Assembly (NCBI GenBank): GCA_051313645.2
Contig: JBNRSN020000001.1
Span: 523,714,001-523,778,000 of the forward strand
Direction of reading: 5' to 3'
Length of the DNA: 64,000 nt
Source of the DNA: Centroscyllium fabricii
Lineage: Eukaryota
Below, one piece after another: positions 1-11,214 of this stretch; within the stretch, counting starts at the first letter, position 1; every line of letters starts with the position of its first letter. The notes under the pieces were generated by a model. It was not told the origin of the DNA. It made no database searches and was given only the letters and a program-made list of their open reading frames with translations. A program made the translations under genes and the position numbers.

Positions 1-1620
1 GTCAGACATGATCTCCCCCTGACAAAGCCATGCTGACTATCCTTGATTAATCCTTGCCTCTCCAAGTGGAGACTTCTGTCCCTCAGAATTTTTTCCAATA
101 ATTTCCCTATCACTGATGTTAGGCTCACTGGTCTGTAATTCCCTGGTTTATCCCGACTACCCTCTTGAATAATGGTACGACGTTAGCTGTTCTCCAGTCC
201 TCAGGCACCTCCCCTGTGGCCAGAGAGGTTCTGAAAATTTGTGTCAGAGCCCCTGCAACCTCTTCCCTTGCCTCACACAGCAGCCTGGGATACATCTCAT
301 CAGGGCCTGGGGATTTATCCACTTTTAAGCCTGCTAAAATCGCTAGTACCTCCTCCCTCTCAATACTAATTTGTTCAAATATATCACAGTCCCCCTGCCT
401 GATTGCTATGCCTATTTTTCTCCATAGTGAACACAGATCCAAAATATTAAGTTAAAACCTCACTTACATCTTCCGGCTCTAGACACAGATTGCCACTTTG
501 GTCTCTAATGGGCGCTGCTCTTTCCCTGGTTATCCTCCTGCCCTTAATATACTTAGAAAACACCTTGGGATTTTCCTTTATTTTGTCCGCCAGTGTATTT
601 TCATGCCCACTCTTTGCTCTCCTAATTTATTTTTTAAGTACCCCCCTGCACTTTCTATACTCCTCCAGGGCCTCTGTCTTTAGCCCTTTGTATCTGCCAA
701 AAGCCTCCCTTTTTTTCCTAATCCATTCTTGTATATCCCTTGACATCCAGGGTTCCCTGCGATTGTTGGTCCCACCCTTGACCTTTATGGGAACATAGTG
801 ACATTGTACTCTCCCAATTTCCTTTCTGAAAGACTCCTACTGCTCTGATGTGGATTTTCCTACAAGTAGCTGATCCCAGTCCACTTTGGCCAGATCCTGC
901 CCTAACATATTAAAATCGGCCTTCCCCCAATTTAAAACCTTTATTTCCGGTCGTTCTTTGTCCTTTTCCATGACTACCTTAAATCTCACCGAATTATGGT
1001 CACTGTCACCAAAATGCTCTCCTACTGACACTTCTACCACTTTCCCAATTACATTCTCTATAATTAGGTCCAGTACCGACCCTCTCTTGTAGGACTTTCT
1101 ACATGCTGGCTCAATAAGTTCTCCTGAGTGCACTTTAAGAATTCCGCACCCTCTAAGCCTTTCACACTCTGACTATCCCAGTTAATATTGGGGAAGTTGA
1201 AATCCCTTACTATTATTACCCTATTATTTCTACACTTCTCTGAGATTTGCCTACATATCTGTTTCTCTATCTCCCCATTACTGTTTGGAGGCCTATAGTA
1301 CACTCCCAGCAAAGTGCTTGCCCCCTTTTTGTTTTTAAGTTCTACCCATAAGGCCTCATTAGAGGAACCTGCTAAGATATCATCCCTCCTTACGGCAATA
1401 ATTGACTCCTTGATTAATATTGCGACACCCCGTCCTCTTTTACACCTCCCCTCTGTCTCATCTCAAGATTTTAAAGCCTGGAATATTGAGCTGCCAGTCC
1501 TGCCCCTCCCTCAACCATGTCTTTGTGATAGCAACAATATCATACTCCCATGTGTTCATCAACACCTTCAATTCATCTGCCTTACACGCAAGTCACCTTG
1601 CATTAAAATAAATGCCATCC
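1..1620 (-). pseudogene. CR1 ORF2 (APE endonuclease and linker), disrupted
   Basis: ORF pieces 1064-1312, 837-1133 and 125-442 carry CR1 endonuclease motifs in different frames. Confidence 0.85.
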
Positions 1621-1755
1621 AGCCTTATCATACTCCCTTGTGCCATTACATATTTGCTCTGCCTTCCAGGCTGACTTGTTTTTTCCTCTATATTTGGCTG
1701 TGCATCACCCCCTACTATAGCTCCACCCCGTATCCCATCCCCCTGCCAAGTTAGT

Positions 1756-2712
1756 TTAAACCCCCTCCCCCCCAACAGTACTAGCAAACCGCCCCGTAAG
1801 GATGTTGGTCCCGTTCCGGTTCAGGTACAACCCGTCCGACTTGTACAGGTCCCACCTCCCCCAGAAGCAGACCCAGTGATCAAGGAAACTAAAGCCCTCT
1901 CTCCTGCACCAACGCTTTAGCCATGCATTCATCTGCTCTATCCTCCTATTCCTATACTCACTAGCACGTGGCACCGGGTGTAATCCAGAGATCACAACCT
2001 TTGAGGTCCTGCTTTTTAATCTGCTGCCTAGCTCCCTAAATTCTTATTGCAGGACTTCATCCCTCTTTCTACCCATGTCGTTAGTACCAATGCGAACCAC
2101 AACCTCTGACTGTTCGCCCTCCCCCTTCAGAATGGCCTGCAGCCGTTCAGTGACAACCTTGACTCTGGCACTAGGGAGGCAGCATACCATCCTGGAGTCA
2201 TGTCTGCAGCCACAGAAAAGTCTATCTGTTCCCCTTATGATAGAATCCCCTATCACTATTGCTCTCCCATTCTTCTTCCTCCCCTCCTGTGCAGCTGAGC
2301 CACTCGTAGTGCCACGGACTTGGCTCTTGCTGCATTCCCCTGAGAAACCATCTCCTCCCATCAGTATCCAAAGCGGAAAATCTGTCAGAGAGGGAGATGG
2401 ACCCAGATGACTCCTGCACTACCTTCCTAGCTCTTTTACTCTATTTGGTGGTCACCCATTTCCTGTCTGCCTGTGCATTCTTTGTGTGCGGTGCGACCAC
2501 CTCGTTAAACGTGCTAACCATGACGATCTCAGCTTCACGGACGCTCCACAGTGACTCCAGCCGCAGCTCCAGCTCCAAAACACGGATTTCGAGCAGCTAC
2601 AGCTGGGGACACTTTTCTTCCTGCATGTGTGTTCACCCTGGACACCTAAAGTGTCCCTGACTTCCAACATAGCACAGGAGGCGCACTCCACGCAGCCAAG
2701 CTGCTCTGCCTT
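1756..2712 (-). pseudogene. CR1 ORF1 (N-terminal Zn-finger plus SGNH esterase), frameshifted
   Basis: ECASCAM...HTCRK Zn-finger-like start; SGNH blocks IVIGDSIIRG, IGTNDM, DGLYLN. Confidence 0.85.
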
Positions 2713-3099
2713 GTCCTACCCTTAATTTACTCCCTTTACTTCCTTTAAATTAAAGAATATTAAATACACTTGGGCCCTTACTTCCCTTTAAACACTACTT
2801 ACTCTAAACTAGAGACCTTACTTTTATTTTAACGACTGGACTGTAGAAATACTCACCAGGTCCTACTTACCAACCAGCTCCTTCCCTAGTTGTAATGTCA
2901 CTTTAGCGGTTTTGCAGTTGTCGTTGTTTGACTGCTCCCGCTCTCGGACTCTTTCCTTGGTGCAAAGTAAGAACCAATTCCTACAGGGTGAAAAGTTAGG
3001 AAAAAAACAAAGGCGAAGCAAGGGAGCTCCTGCTGCCACTCCTCACCCAACTCGCTGACTCACCCAACTCACAGCACGCTGTTTCAACCGCACTCTCCA

Positions 3100-3245
3100 G
3101 GTTTTTCCAGTTCTGATGAAGAGTCATTGACCTGAAACGTTGACTCTGTTTCTCTCTCTCCACGGATGCTGCCTGGCCTGCTGAGTGCTTCCCGCGTTTT
3201 CTGTTTTTATTTCAGATGTCCAGCATCCGCGGTATTTTGCTATTG
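3100..3245 (+). mobile_element. Penelope-like element (family B) terminal fragment
   Basis: Same sequence as 43020-43155 and as the end of the GIY-YIG-bearing element at 38584-38720; contains a hammerhead-like core. Confidence 0.75.
3109..3145 (+). ncRNA. Minimal type I hammerhead ribozyme motif (family B)
   Basis: agtt-CTGATGA-a-gagtc att gacct-GAAA-cgtt-gact: core intact, stem I agtt/gact, imperfect stem II, palindromic ACGT stem III. Confidence 0.65.
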
Positions 3246-3915
3246 TATGACAAAGAATACGTTATTTTCACCAAAAAAAAAATTGAATGGGCACAAGCAA
3301 GGCAAATATTTTATTAAAAACTAAAGTTTAAAAAAGATTTTTTTTTAATGAAAGATAAATAGAATCATAGAATGATACAGCATGGAAGGAAGCCATTCGG
3401 CCCATCGTGCCTGTGCCACCTCTTTGGTAGAACGATCCAATTAATCCCATCCCCTGCTCTTTCCCCAGAGCCCTGTAATGTTTTTCCTGCGGGTATTTAT
3501 CGAATTCTCTTTCATATGTCACTATTGAATCTGCTTCCACCACTCGGTCAGGCAGCGCGTTCCAGGCCATAATAACTCGCTGCCTAAAATAATTCTCCTC
3601 ATCTCAGCTCTGATTCTTTTGCCAATCACGTTAAATCTGTGTCCTCTGGCTACCGACCCTTCTGCCACTGGAACCAGTTTCTCTGTATTTACTCTATCAA
3701 AACCATTCATGATTTTGAACACCTCCTGTCAAACCTCCTCTTAACCTTCTCTGCTCCAAGGACATTAAACCTAACTTCTCCGGTCTCTCCGCACAACTGA
3801 AGTCCCACAGCCCTGGTATCATTCCAGTAAACCTCTTCTGCACCCTCTCCAAGGCCTTCTCATCCTTCCTAAAGTGCGGTGCCCAGGATTGAACACAATT
3901 ACCCAGCTGATGCTC

Positions 3916-4305
3916 GGGCGGCACGGTGGCATAGTGGTTAGCACTGTTGCCTTACAGCACTAGAGACCCGGGTTCAAATCCAGCCTCGGGTGCTGTCTGT
4001 GTGGAGTTTGCACATTCTCCCCGTGTCTGCGTGGGTTTCCTCCGGGTGCTCCGGTTTCCTCCCACAGTCCAAAGATGTGCGGGTTAGGTTGATTGGCCAG
4101 GATAAATTGACCCTTAGTGTTAGGGCGATTGAATATGTGGGGTTGCGGGGATAGGGTAGGATATGTGTCGGTGCAGGCTCGATAGGGATCGAGGGATATG
4201 GGGACAAGGCAAGGAAAGGGTTTGGATGATCAGCCATGATCTCCTTGAGTGGCGGAGCAGGCTCGAAGGGCCGAATGGCCTACTCCTGCTCCTATCTTCT
4301 ATGTT
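3916..4305 (+). mobile_element. HE1-like tRNA-derived V-SINE
   Basis: A-box GGTGGCATAGTGG, B-box GGTTCAAATCC, V-domain TCTGTGTGGAGTTTGCACATTCTCCCCGTG, CR1-derived tail. Confidence 0.9.
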
Positions 4306-4446
4306 TTAACAAGTGATTTGTAAAGGTTTAGAATAGCTTCCTTGCCTTTGTACTCTGTACTCTATTAATAAAGTCAAGGATCCCGTGCGCTTTTTAACAG
4401 TCTTCTCAACTTGTTCTGCCTCTTTGAAAGATTTGTGTACGTACAC

Positions 4447-4672
4447 TGTAGTGTATGTGATAAGGCGTATGATGGACAGCCTGTGAGCCTATAACAGAGC
4501 TGCACTATTTTGTGTATGGTGGAAGATTACTGTAATACCTCTTTAGGCCACCTAGTATAAATAGCGCTGTACTGCAAGTTGTATTCAGTTTCCACTTGGG
4601 CATTGGCCAAGTAAAGACCTCTTGTTTGTTGTTGACCTGTGTCCGAGTATTTATTGTGCTACCAGCACAACG
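4447..4672 (+). mobile_element. Solo LTR
   Basis: Interrupts the CR1; starts TGT, ends ACG (near-CA); TACAC duplicated at 4442-4446 and 4673-4677; TATAAATA and AGTAAA inside. Confidence 0.7.
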
Positions 4673-5005
4673 TACACCCCCAGGTCTCTCTGTTCCTGCA
4701 GCCCCTTTCAAATTGCACTATTTAATTCATATTCCCCTCATTCTTCCTACCAAAATGTATCACGTCACACTTCTCTGTGTTAAATTTCATCTGCCATGTG
4801 TCTGCCCATTTCACCAGTCTGTCTTTGCCCTCCTGAAGTCTGTTGCTATCCTCCTCATTGTTTACTACATTTCTGATAGTACATAAACCTAAAATGACAT
4901 CATCATAAACCATGTCGGTAATTTTGCCTGAGGCTGGGACTCGCTGCTGGGTCTCTTCAGCACACACCTCAGCCATATACATTCACAATTTACTCTTCAT
5001 CAATT

Positions 5006-5140
5006 ATAAGAAGTCGCACAACACCAGGTTATAGTCCAACGGTTTTATTTTAAATCACAAGCTTTCGGAGCGCTGCTCCTTCCTCAGGCGAAGTGAAGTT
5101 AAGTTGATCCGAAGAAAGCACATATGCTGGAGAGAGAAAT
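5006..5140 (-). mobile_element. Penelope-like element (family A) terminal fragment with hammerhead motif (5055-5091)
   Basis: Minus strand tcgc-CTGAGGA-aggagcagcgctcc-GAAA-gctt-gtga, followed by the family-A terminal sequence. Confidence 0.75.
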
Positions 5141-5414
5141 CTGATATCTCCCACATCTCGCCTCAATTAGGTGCGGGAGATTTGACAGTACTTTAAGTGC
5201 AAAGTAGAGAATTGTTAGGGACTCCCCATTAAGTGTGTGTCCATGAGTGAATACATATACGGCATATACCATGTTCCATGGTGATACAGGCCCTTAAAGT
5301 ATATTGATTTTACGACGAAGAAACATAGATGCTGGATTTTGTCAGCCCCGAGGAGGCGGGTATGGAGGCAGGACTGCCGGTAAAGTTGCAGGATTTGGGG
5401 GCAGATGGCAAACC

Positions 5415-5822
5415 CACGGTGGCATAGTGGTTAGCACTGTTGCCTCACAGCACTGGAGACCCGGGTTCAAATCCGGCCTCGGGTACTGTCTGTGTGGAGT
5501 TTGCACATTCTCCCCGTGTCTGCGTGGGTTTCCTCCGGGTGCTCCGGTTTCCTCCCACAGTCCAAAGATGCGCGGGTTAGGTTGATTGGCCATGATAAAT
5601 TGACCCTTAGTGTTAGGGGGATTGAATATGTGGGGGTTACGGGAATAGGGTGGGATATGTGTCGGTGCAGGCTCGATAGGGATCGAGGGATATGGGGAGA
5701 GGGCAGGGATAGGGTACTGGGTTTGGATGATCAGCCATGATCTCATTGAATGGCGGAGCAGGCTCGAAGGGCCAAATGGCCTACTCCTGCTCCTATCTTC
5801 TATGTTTCTATGTTTCTATGTT
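5415..5822 (+). mobile_element. HE1-like V-SINE, inserted in a GC-rich MITE-like remnant (about 5330-6200)
   Basis: Near-identical to 3916-4305; (TTTCTATG)n tail. Confidence 0.9.
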
Positions 5823-6202
5823 TCAACCTGCCTCTGTGACCTCTTGCCAGGAGGCGGCAAGCAATCCTGACCCGGGTCCCGTCTCCTCGAGGCGGGAAAG
5901 TGATTAAAGCCTATCAACTGCCTGTTAACAGGCAGATAACAGACAGAAAATAGGATTGCTCCCATTTTACCTTCCAAGGTGCAGGCTTCCCGATCTCGGA
6001 GAACCCCGCTGGTTTGGAGGGGACGAGTAGGAGGTCTGCTGGGGTCGGCGAGGTCTGAAAGTGAGATGTAGAGGCAAGTGATGGGTGCAAGTGTGGAGTG
6101 GTAAGTATGTGAGATGAGTGTTAAGTGTTATAAAAAGTTCACTTACCTTTGTTTCTGCCTACAGCCTTCAGCCGCTGTGAATCCGGAGTCCTGACATCTT
6201 CA

Positions 6203-6379
6203 GGGGATAGGGTGGGATATGTGTCGGTGCAGGCTCGATAGGGATCGAGCGATATGGGGACAAGGCAGGGACGGGGTACTGGGTTTGAATGATCAGCCAT
6301 GATCTCATTGAATGGCGGAGCAGGCTCGAAGGGCCGAATGGCCGACTCCTGCTCCTATCTTCTATGTTTCTATGTTTCA
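6203..6379 (+). mobile_element. HE1-like SINE 3' fragment
   Basis: 3' half and tail of the same SINE family. Confidence 0.85.
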
Positions 6380-6520
6380 TTGTAGATTTCACAAACTGGC
6401 TGTTGGATCCTCTGAACCAAAAACCAGGTGATTTCTGCAAAGTTGAAAGGTTTGATGAGTCCTGAACACAAGGCTTCATCAAACTACACAGTATGTCAGT
6501 GTTTGACAGCTTCACAGAGC

Positions 6521-6921
6521 TAGAAACATAGAAGAGAGGAGCAGGAGTAGGCCATTCGGCCCTTCGAGCCTGCTCCGCCATTCAATGAGATCATGGCTGA
6601 TCATCCAAACCCAGCACCCCGCCCCTGCCCCCCCCCCATATCCCTCGATCCCTATCGAGCCTGCACCGACACATATCCCACGGTTTCCCTGTAACCCCAC
6701 ATATTTAATCACCCTAACACTGCGGGTCAATTTATCCTGGCCAATCAGCCTAACCCGCACATCTTTAGACTGTGGGAGGAAACCGGAGCACCCGGAGGAA
6801 ACCCACGCAAACACGGGGAGAATGTGCAAACTCTACACAGATAGTACCCGAGGCTGGATTTGAACCCGGGTCTCCAGTGCTGTAAGGCACCAGTGCTAAC
6901 CACTACGCCACCGTGCCGCCC
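6521..6921 (-). mobile_element. HE1-like V-SINE
   Basis: Reverse complement of the SINE consensus, full length. Confidence 0.9.
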
Positions 6922-7164
6922 TGTCAAACACTGACATTTCTCTTGACAGATGACACGTCAGACGATGACGTGTTCTGTCAATGACTTCCCCCTAATTGGC
7001 CTGCTGAGCCCGCAGGGGGGGGGCTTAACAATGTCAATCAGGGGAAAATCCCTCTGGTTGGCCAGATGCCGATGGAGGCAGGATTCAAAGCCGGCAATCA
7101 GCAGTTCCACCTCCAAAAGCTTCCCATTGACAAAATCCAGCCCATAGGAACTGGAGGAGGCCAC

Positions 7165-7380
7165 TCAACCCCTTGAGCCTCGTCCATCATTCAATTAGAT
7201 AAAGGTTAATCTGTAGCTCAATTCCATTTACCCGCCTTAGCCCCATATCTCTTGATACCGTTATTTAACAAAAATCTGTCGATCTCAGTCTTCAAAACTC
7301 CAATTGTCCCAGCATCCACAGCCCTTTGGGGCAGAAAATTCCCAATTTCTCCTACCCTTTGTGTGGAAAAAGAGCTTCCT
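7165..7380 (-). mobile_element. CR1 3' fragment
   Basis: FSTQRV...LPQRAVDA...KTEIDRFL...GIKRYG C-terminal CR1 motif. Confidence 0.75.
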
Positions 7381-7457
7381 GACATAGGAATGGAACAAAT
7401 ATCGCACAAAAGAGCCGCATTTGAATGATTAAAAATTAAACTGATCTCCAACATATA

Positions 7458-8891
7458 CAGGTTGAGCACCGTTAATCCGGCACCCTCGGGTCCAGGCCGG
7501 TGCCGAACCACTGAAAATTACAAACCACTGAATGTTCGGGGGGAGCGCGCGGGTAGAACACTCCCCGGGTCCTGGAGCGCGCAGTAGAACACTCCCCGGG
7601 TCCGGGAGCGCGCGGGTAGAACACGCCCCGGGGCCCGGAGCGCGCAGGTAGAACACTCCCCGAGTCCTGGAGCGCGCAGTAGAACACTCCCCGGGTCCGG
7701 GAGCGCGTGGGTAGAACACTCCCCGGGGCCCGGAGCGCGTGGGCAGAACACTCCCCGGGGCCCGGAGCGCACGGGTAGAACACTCCCCGGGGCCCGGAGC
7801 GCGCAGGTAGAACACTCCCCGGGGCCCGGAGCATGCGGGTAGAACACTCCCTGGGGCCCGGAGCGCGCGGGTAGAACACTCCCCGGGGCCCGGAGCGCAC
7901 GGTAGAACACTCCCCGGGTCCTGGAGCGCGCAGTAGAACACACCCCGGGTCCTGGAGCGCACGGATAGAACACTCCCCGGGGCCCGGAGCGTGCGGGTAG
8001 AACACTCGCCGGGGCCCGGAGCGCGCGGGTAGAACACTCCCCGGGGCCCGGAGCACGCGGGTAGAACACTCCCCGGGGCCCGGAGCGTGCAGTAGAACAC
8101 TCCCCGGGTCCAGGAGCGCGCGGGTAGAACACTCCCCGGATCCGGGAGCGCGCGGGTAGAACACTCCCCGGGGCCCGGAGTGCGCGGGTAGAACACTCCC
8201 CGGGGCCCGGAGCGCGCGGGTAGAACACTCCCCGGGGCCCGGAGCATGGGGGTAGAACACTCCCCGGGGCCCGGAGCGCGCGGGTAGAACACTCCCCGGG
8301 GCCTGGAGCGTGCGGGTAGAACACTCCCCGGGGCCCGGAGCGCGTGGGTAGAACACTCCCCGGGGCCCGGAGCGTGCGGGTAGAACACTCCCCGGGGCCC
8401 GGAGCGCGTGGGTCGAACACTCCCCGGGGCCCGGAGCGTGCGGGTAGAACACTCCCCGGGGCCCGGAGCGCGCGGGTCGAACACTCCCCGAGGCCCGGAG
8501 CGCACGCGGTAGAACACTCCCCGGGGCCTGGAGCGTGCGGGTAGAACACTCCCCGGGGCCCGGAGCGCGCGGGTAGAACACTCCCCGGGGCCCGGAGTGT
8601 GCGGGTAGAACACTCCCCGGGGCCCAGAGCGTGCGGGTCGAACACTCCCCGTGGCCCGGAGCGCACGCGGTAGAACACTCCCCGGGAGGGAGCCCGGGGA
8701 TAGAACAGTTACAAAACCTAAAAAAAAAAGAAACCCAAATGCCCGACGCCTTCGGCACTCGCTCACCTTTCCCGAGAAACGGTGGCACCGCCGAGCGACT
8801 GCGCCGCAGAATGAAGAGCGCCGGTTTCCATTCGTGCCGGACCACTGAAGCTGCCGGAACATCGGGTGCTGGGTTACCGGTGCTCAACCTG
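7458..8891. mobile_element. pogo/Tigger-like MITE with expanded internal minisatellite
   Basis: TIRs CAGGTTGAGCACCG...CGGTGCTCAACCTG with TA TSDs (7456-7457, 8892-8893); relatives at 23431 and 44318. Confidence 0.85.
7543..8707. repeat. GC-rich minisatellite, unit about 30-32 bp (GGGTAGAACACTCCCCGGGGCCCGGAGCGCGC), roughly 36 copies
   Basis: Direct tandem repeats with no unique spacers. Confidence 0.97.
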
Positions 8892-9099
8892 TATATGCAT
8901 AAGAGTAAAAGGAAACATGTTCAGTACATCATCAGGGAACATTGGTTTAAAAAATACAGCTTCTTCAACGGTTGAGCAAGTTTGTCCAGCGAGTATTTGA
9001 GACGCAATAACCAGAAAGATTCCGAGTGATCTCCCGTTAACTAGTCTAATCTGGGACCGTGTTAGCATTGCTGTAGTTGTCCTCAGCATCAATCAGAAT

Positions 9100-9330
9100 T
9101 CTCACTCCCGACTACCAACCAGAAAGCCCCACTGGAAGTGCACACATGGTGACGTCGGGTGAGGACAGGCATGGGCTCCTGTGTGACGCTCCACGTGGTT
9201 GAATGGCCTGTTGACATTCACCGTTGAAGGCTCGCACCTGAAGCATGGCCACTTGTGCAAAGTAATGCAGGGGTCCCCTTGCACCTGTGGAACTGTGTAG
9301 CAAGGAGTCCGTGGGAAAGGGGAGAAAAAT
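9100..9330 (+). mobile_element. Old degenerate SINE-like repeat (relatives near 20450-20700, 44040-44315, 46690-46945/51826-51945, 53160-53450)
   Basis: Shared motif GCTCACACATGAAGAATGGCCACTTG in several diverged copies; tRNA-like head seen in the 51830-51945 copy. Confidence 0.5.
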
Positions 9331-9344
9331 TAGCAAGAAAATGC

Positions 9345-9569
9345 TGTGCTAATCGTGTAAATACCACTGTACATAGTTGATGGCTCACCTTGTATTGTAT
9401 TGTAGGCCAGGTCAGCCACACCCCTAACTCCTCCCCTCAGGTCGGAGCATGTAGGTGAGGGCTGTCCTGCCCCCGCACATTCTTCGCCTTGAACTCATCA
9501 GGAGACCAGCTCCATAGTTAGTTAGTTTAGGTAACTACTCGTCTTTGCGTTTTAATTGACGATACGTCA
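9345..9569 (+). mobile_element. Solo LTR related to the Gypsy element at 46946-51825
   Basis: TG...CA ends; 5-bp TSD AATGC (9340-9344, 9570-9574); shares GGTCAGCCACAC, GGTAACTACTCGTCTTTG and TTGACGATACGTCA with that LTR. Confidence 0.88.
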
Positions 9570-10452
9570 AATGCGTGAGGAGGGAAAGGGTTAAATCAGA
9601 ACAGAAAGGAATACATTGGATTCCTTCTAGCTAGTTGGTTAAATAGTGATCGAACTCAGATTACATTGGGGAGGGGACGTATTATTCTCTTTTGTTGGTG
9701 TACTGTGAAGAATTACTGACCTCCGCTTTCCAAATTAGCGCTGGCCGGTCTCCGAGGATGAGGGGAGGCAAATTCCTTCCTGTGGAGCCTGAAGTTCATG
9801 ACTCCAGCTTGCATTACATGCAGCTGCAACCACTAACTATCCCTTCTACACAAACCAGGCAGGGCAGGGACAAAGTGTTTGAGTTTCATCCATGATCTCC
9901 TCAGTATTTGTTTGACTGATAAAAATTATTTAATATTACAGGACCCGTACAGACCGTTTGGAAGGAAGCAGTGGATTAAGTAACAGAGTCCTGATGAAAA
10001 ACAATTGCAAGCTTTTTTGAAGGGGGTAATGCAGTATTTTCATCATGACGGTATCACACAGGGTGGCTCAGTAGAAGCGCTCTCACCTCCAGAGTCTGAA
10101 GGCTGTGGGTTTGAGCCCCACTCCAGAGACCTGAGCACAAAATCTAGGCTGACGCTCCAGTTCAGTGCTGAGGGAGTGCTGCACTGTTGGAGGTGCCGTC
10201 TTTCAGATGAGATTTTAACCTTGCTCTCTCAGATGGATGTAAAAGATCCCATGGCACTATTTGAGGACGAGCAGGGGAGTTCTCCCTAGTGTCCTAGCCA
10301 ATATTTATCAACAACAACTTGTATTTATATAGCGCCTTTAACGTAGTAATGCCCCAAGGCGCTTCACAGGAGTATTACAAGACAGAAAATTTGACACCGA
10401 GCCACATAAGAAGAAATTAGGGCAGGTGACCAAAAGTTTGGTCAAAGAGGTA

Positions 10453-10812
10453 AACACAGAAGATAGGAGCAGGAGTAGGCCATTCGGCCCTTCGATCCTG
10501 CTCCGCGATTTTGACGAGATCATGGCTGATCATCCAAACGCAGCACCCCCCCTCCTACCCTCTCCCCATATCCCCCGACACCCCCAACTCTAAGAACTAT
10601 ATCTCACACACATACTCATGAGCAATTTTTAGTATCTCCAATTCACCTAACCTGCATGTCTTTGGGTGGTGGGAGGAAACCGGAGTACCCGGAGGAAACC
10701 CACACGAACACGGGGAGAACATGCAAACTCCACGCAGAGAGGTCCCGGGCCAAGCAGGATTCGAACCCAGGAGCTCCTTATTGCGAAGCAGCAGTGCTAA
10801 CCACTGCACCAC
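10453..10812 (-). mobile_element. V-SINE, second subfamily (same as 52783-53157)
   Basis: tRNA head GGTGCAGTGGTTAGCAC...GGTTCGAATCC, V-domain, CR1 tail. Confidence 0.85.
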
Positions 10813-11214
10813 AGTATTTTCAAGAATGTCTCAAAGGAGGAGAGAGAGATAACGAGGCGGAGAGGTTTAGGGAAGGAATTTCAGAGCATTGGGCCTAGGC
10901 AACAGAAGGCACGGCCACCGATGGTTAAGCGACTATAATCAGGGATGCTCAAGAAAGCAGAATTTGAGGAGTGCTGATATCTCAGGGGGTTTGGGGGGGT
11001 GGGGTCAGTTGCTGGGCTGGAGGAGATTACAGATATAGGGAAGGAAGGGGCGAGGCCATGGAGGGATTTGAAAACAAGGATGAGAATTTTGAAATCGAGG
11101 CGCTGCTTAACCGGGAGCCAATGTAGGTCAGCGAGCACAGGGGTGATGGGCGAACGGGACTTGGTGCGAGTTAGGACACGGGCAGCTGAGTTTTGGATGA
11201 CCTCAAGTTTATAT

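Larger units (their letters stand above)
1..3098 (-). mobile_element. CR1 LINE, 5' part (5'UTR, ORF1, start of ORF2), degenerate; continues beyond the window start
   Basis: Minus-strand fragments: APE endonuclease (GVYYRPP, DFNFPNINW, SDHNSV), RT-upstream motifs (KSPGPD, VPEDWRTANVVPLFK) and an ORF1 esterase; many frameshifts. Confidence 0.93.
3358..4880 (-). mobile_element. CR1 LINE 3' fragment, split by a SINE and a solo LTR
   Basis: WADTWQMKFNTEKC, CVQSWAPHFRKD, WNALP motifs; (TTCTATGA)n-type tail at about 3360. Confidence 0.88.

Noticed and set aside
3916-3990. tRNA-like sequences at SINE heads
   Set aside because: A/B boxes run into V-domain and LINE tails; these are SINEs, not tRNA genes.
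4885-4990. Possible host exons (also about 6385-6430, 8900-9090, 9942-9980, 35530-35650, 42190-42440)
   Set aside because: Short open frames or splice-like sites, but no recognisable protein or consistent exon chain; cannot be supported without a search.
5342-6863. Recurrent MRSWLIIQTQ... ORFs
   Set aside because: Chance frames in repeated SINE copies.
7543-8707. CRISPR-like array of repeats of about 32 bp
   Set aside because: Head-to-tail repeats with no unique spacers, no cas genes, and vertebrate context.
7429-8887. Three overlapping 386-477 aa minus-strand ORFs
   Set aside because: They are translations of a stop-free minisatellite inside a MITE.
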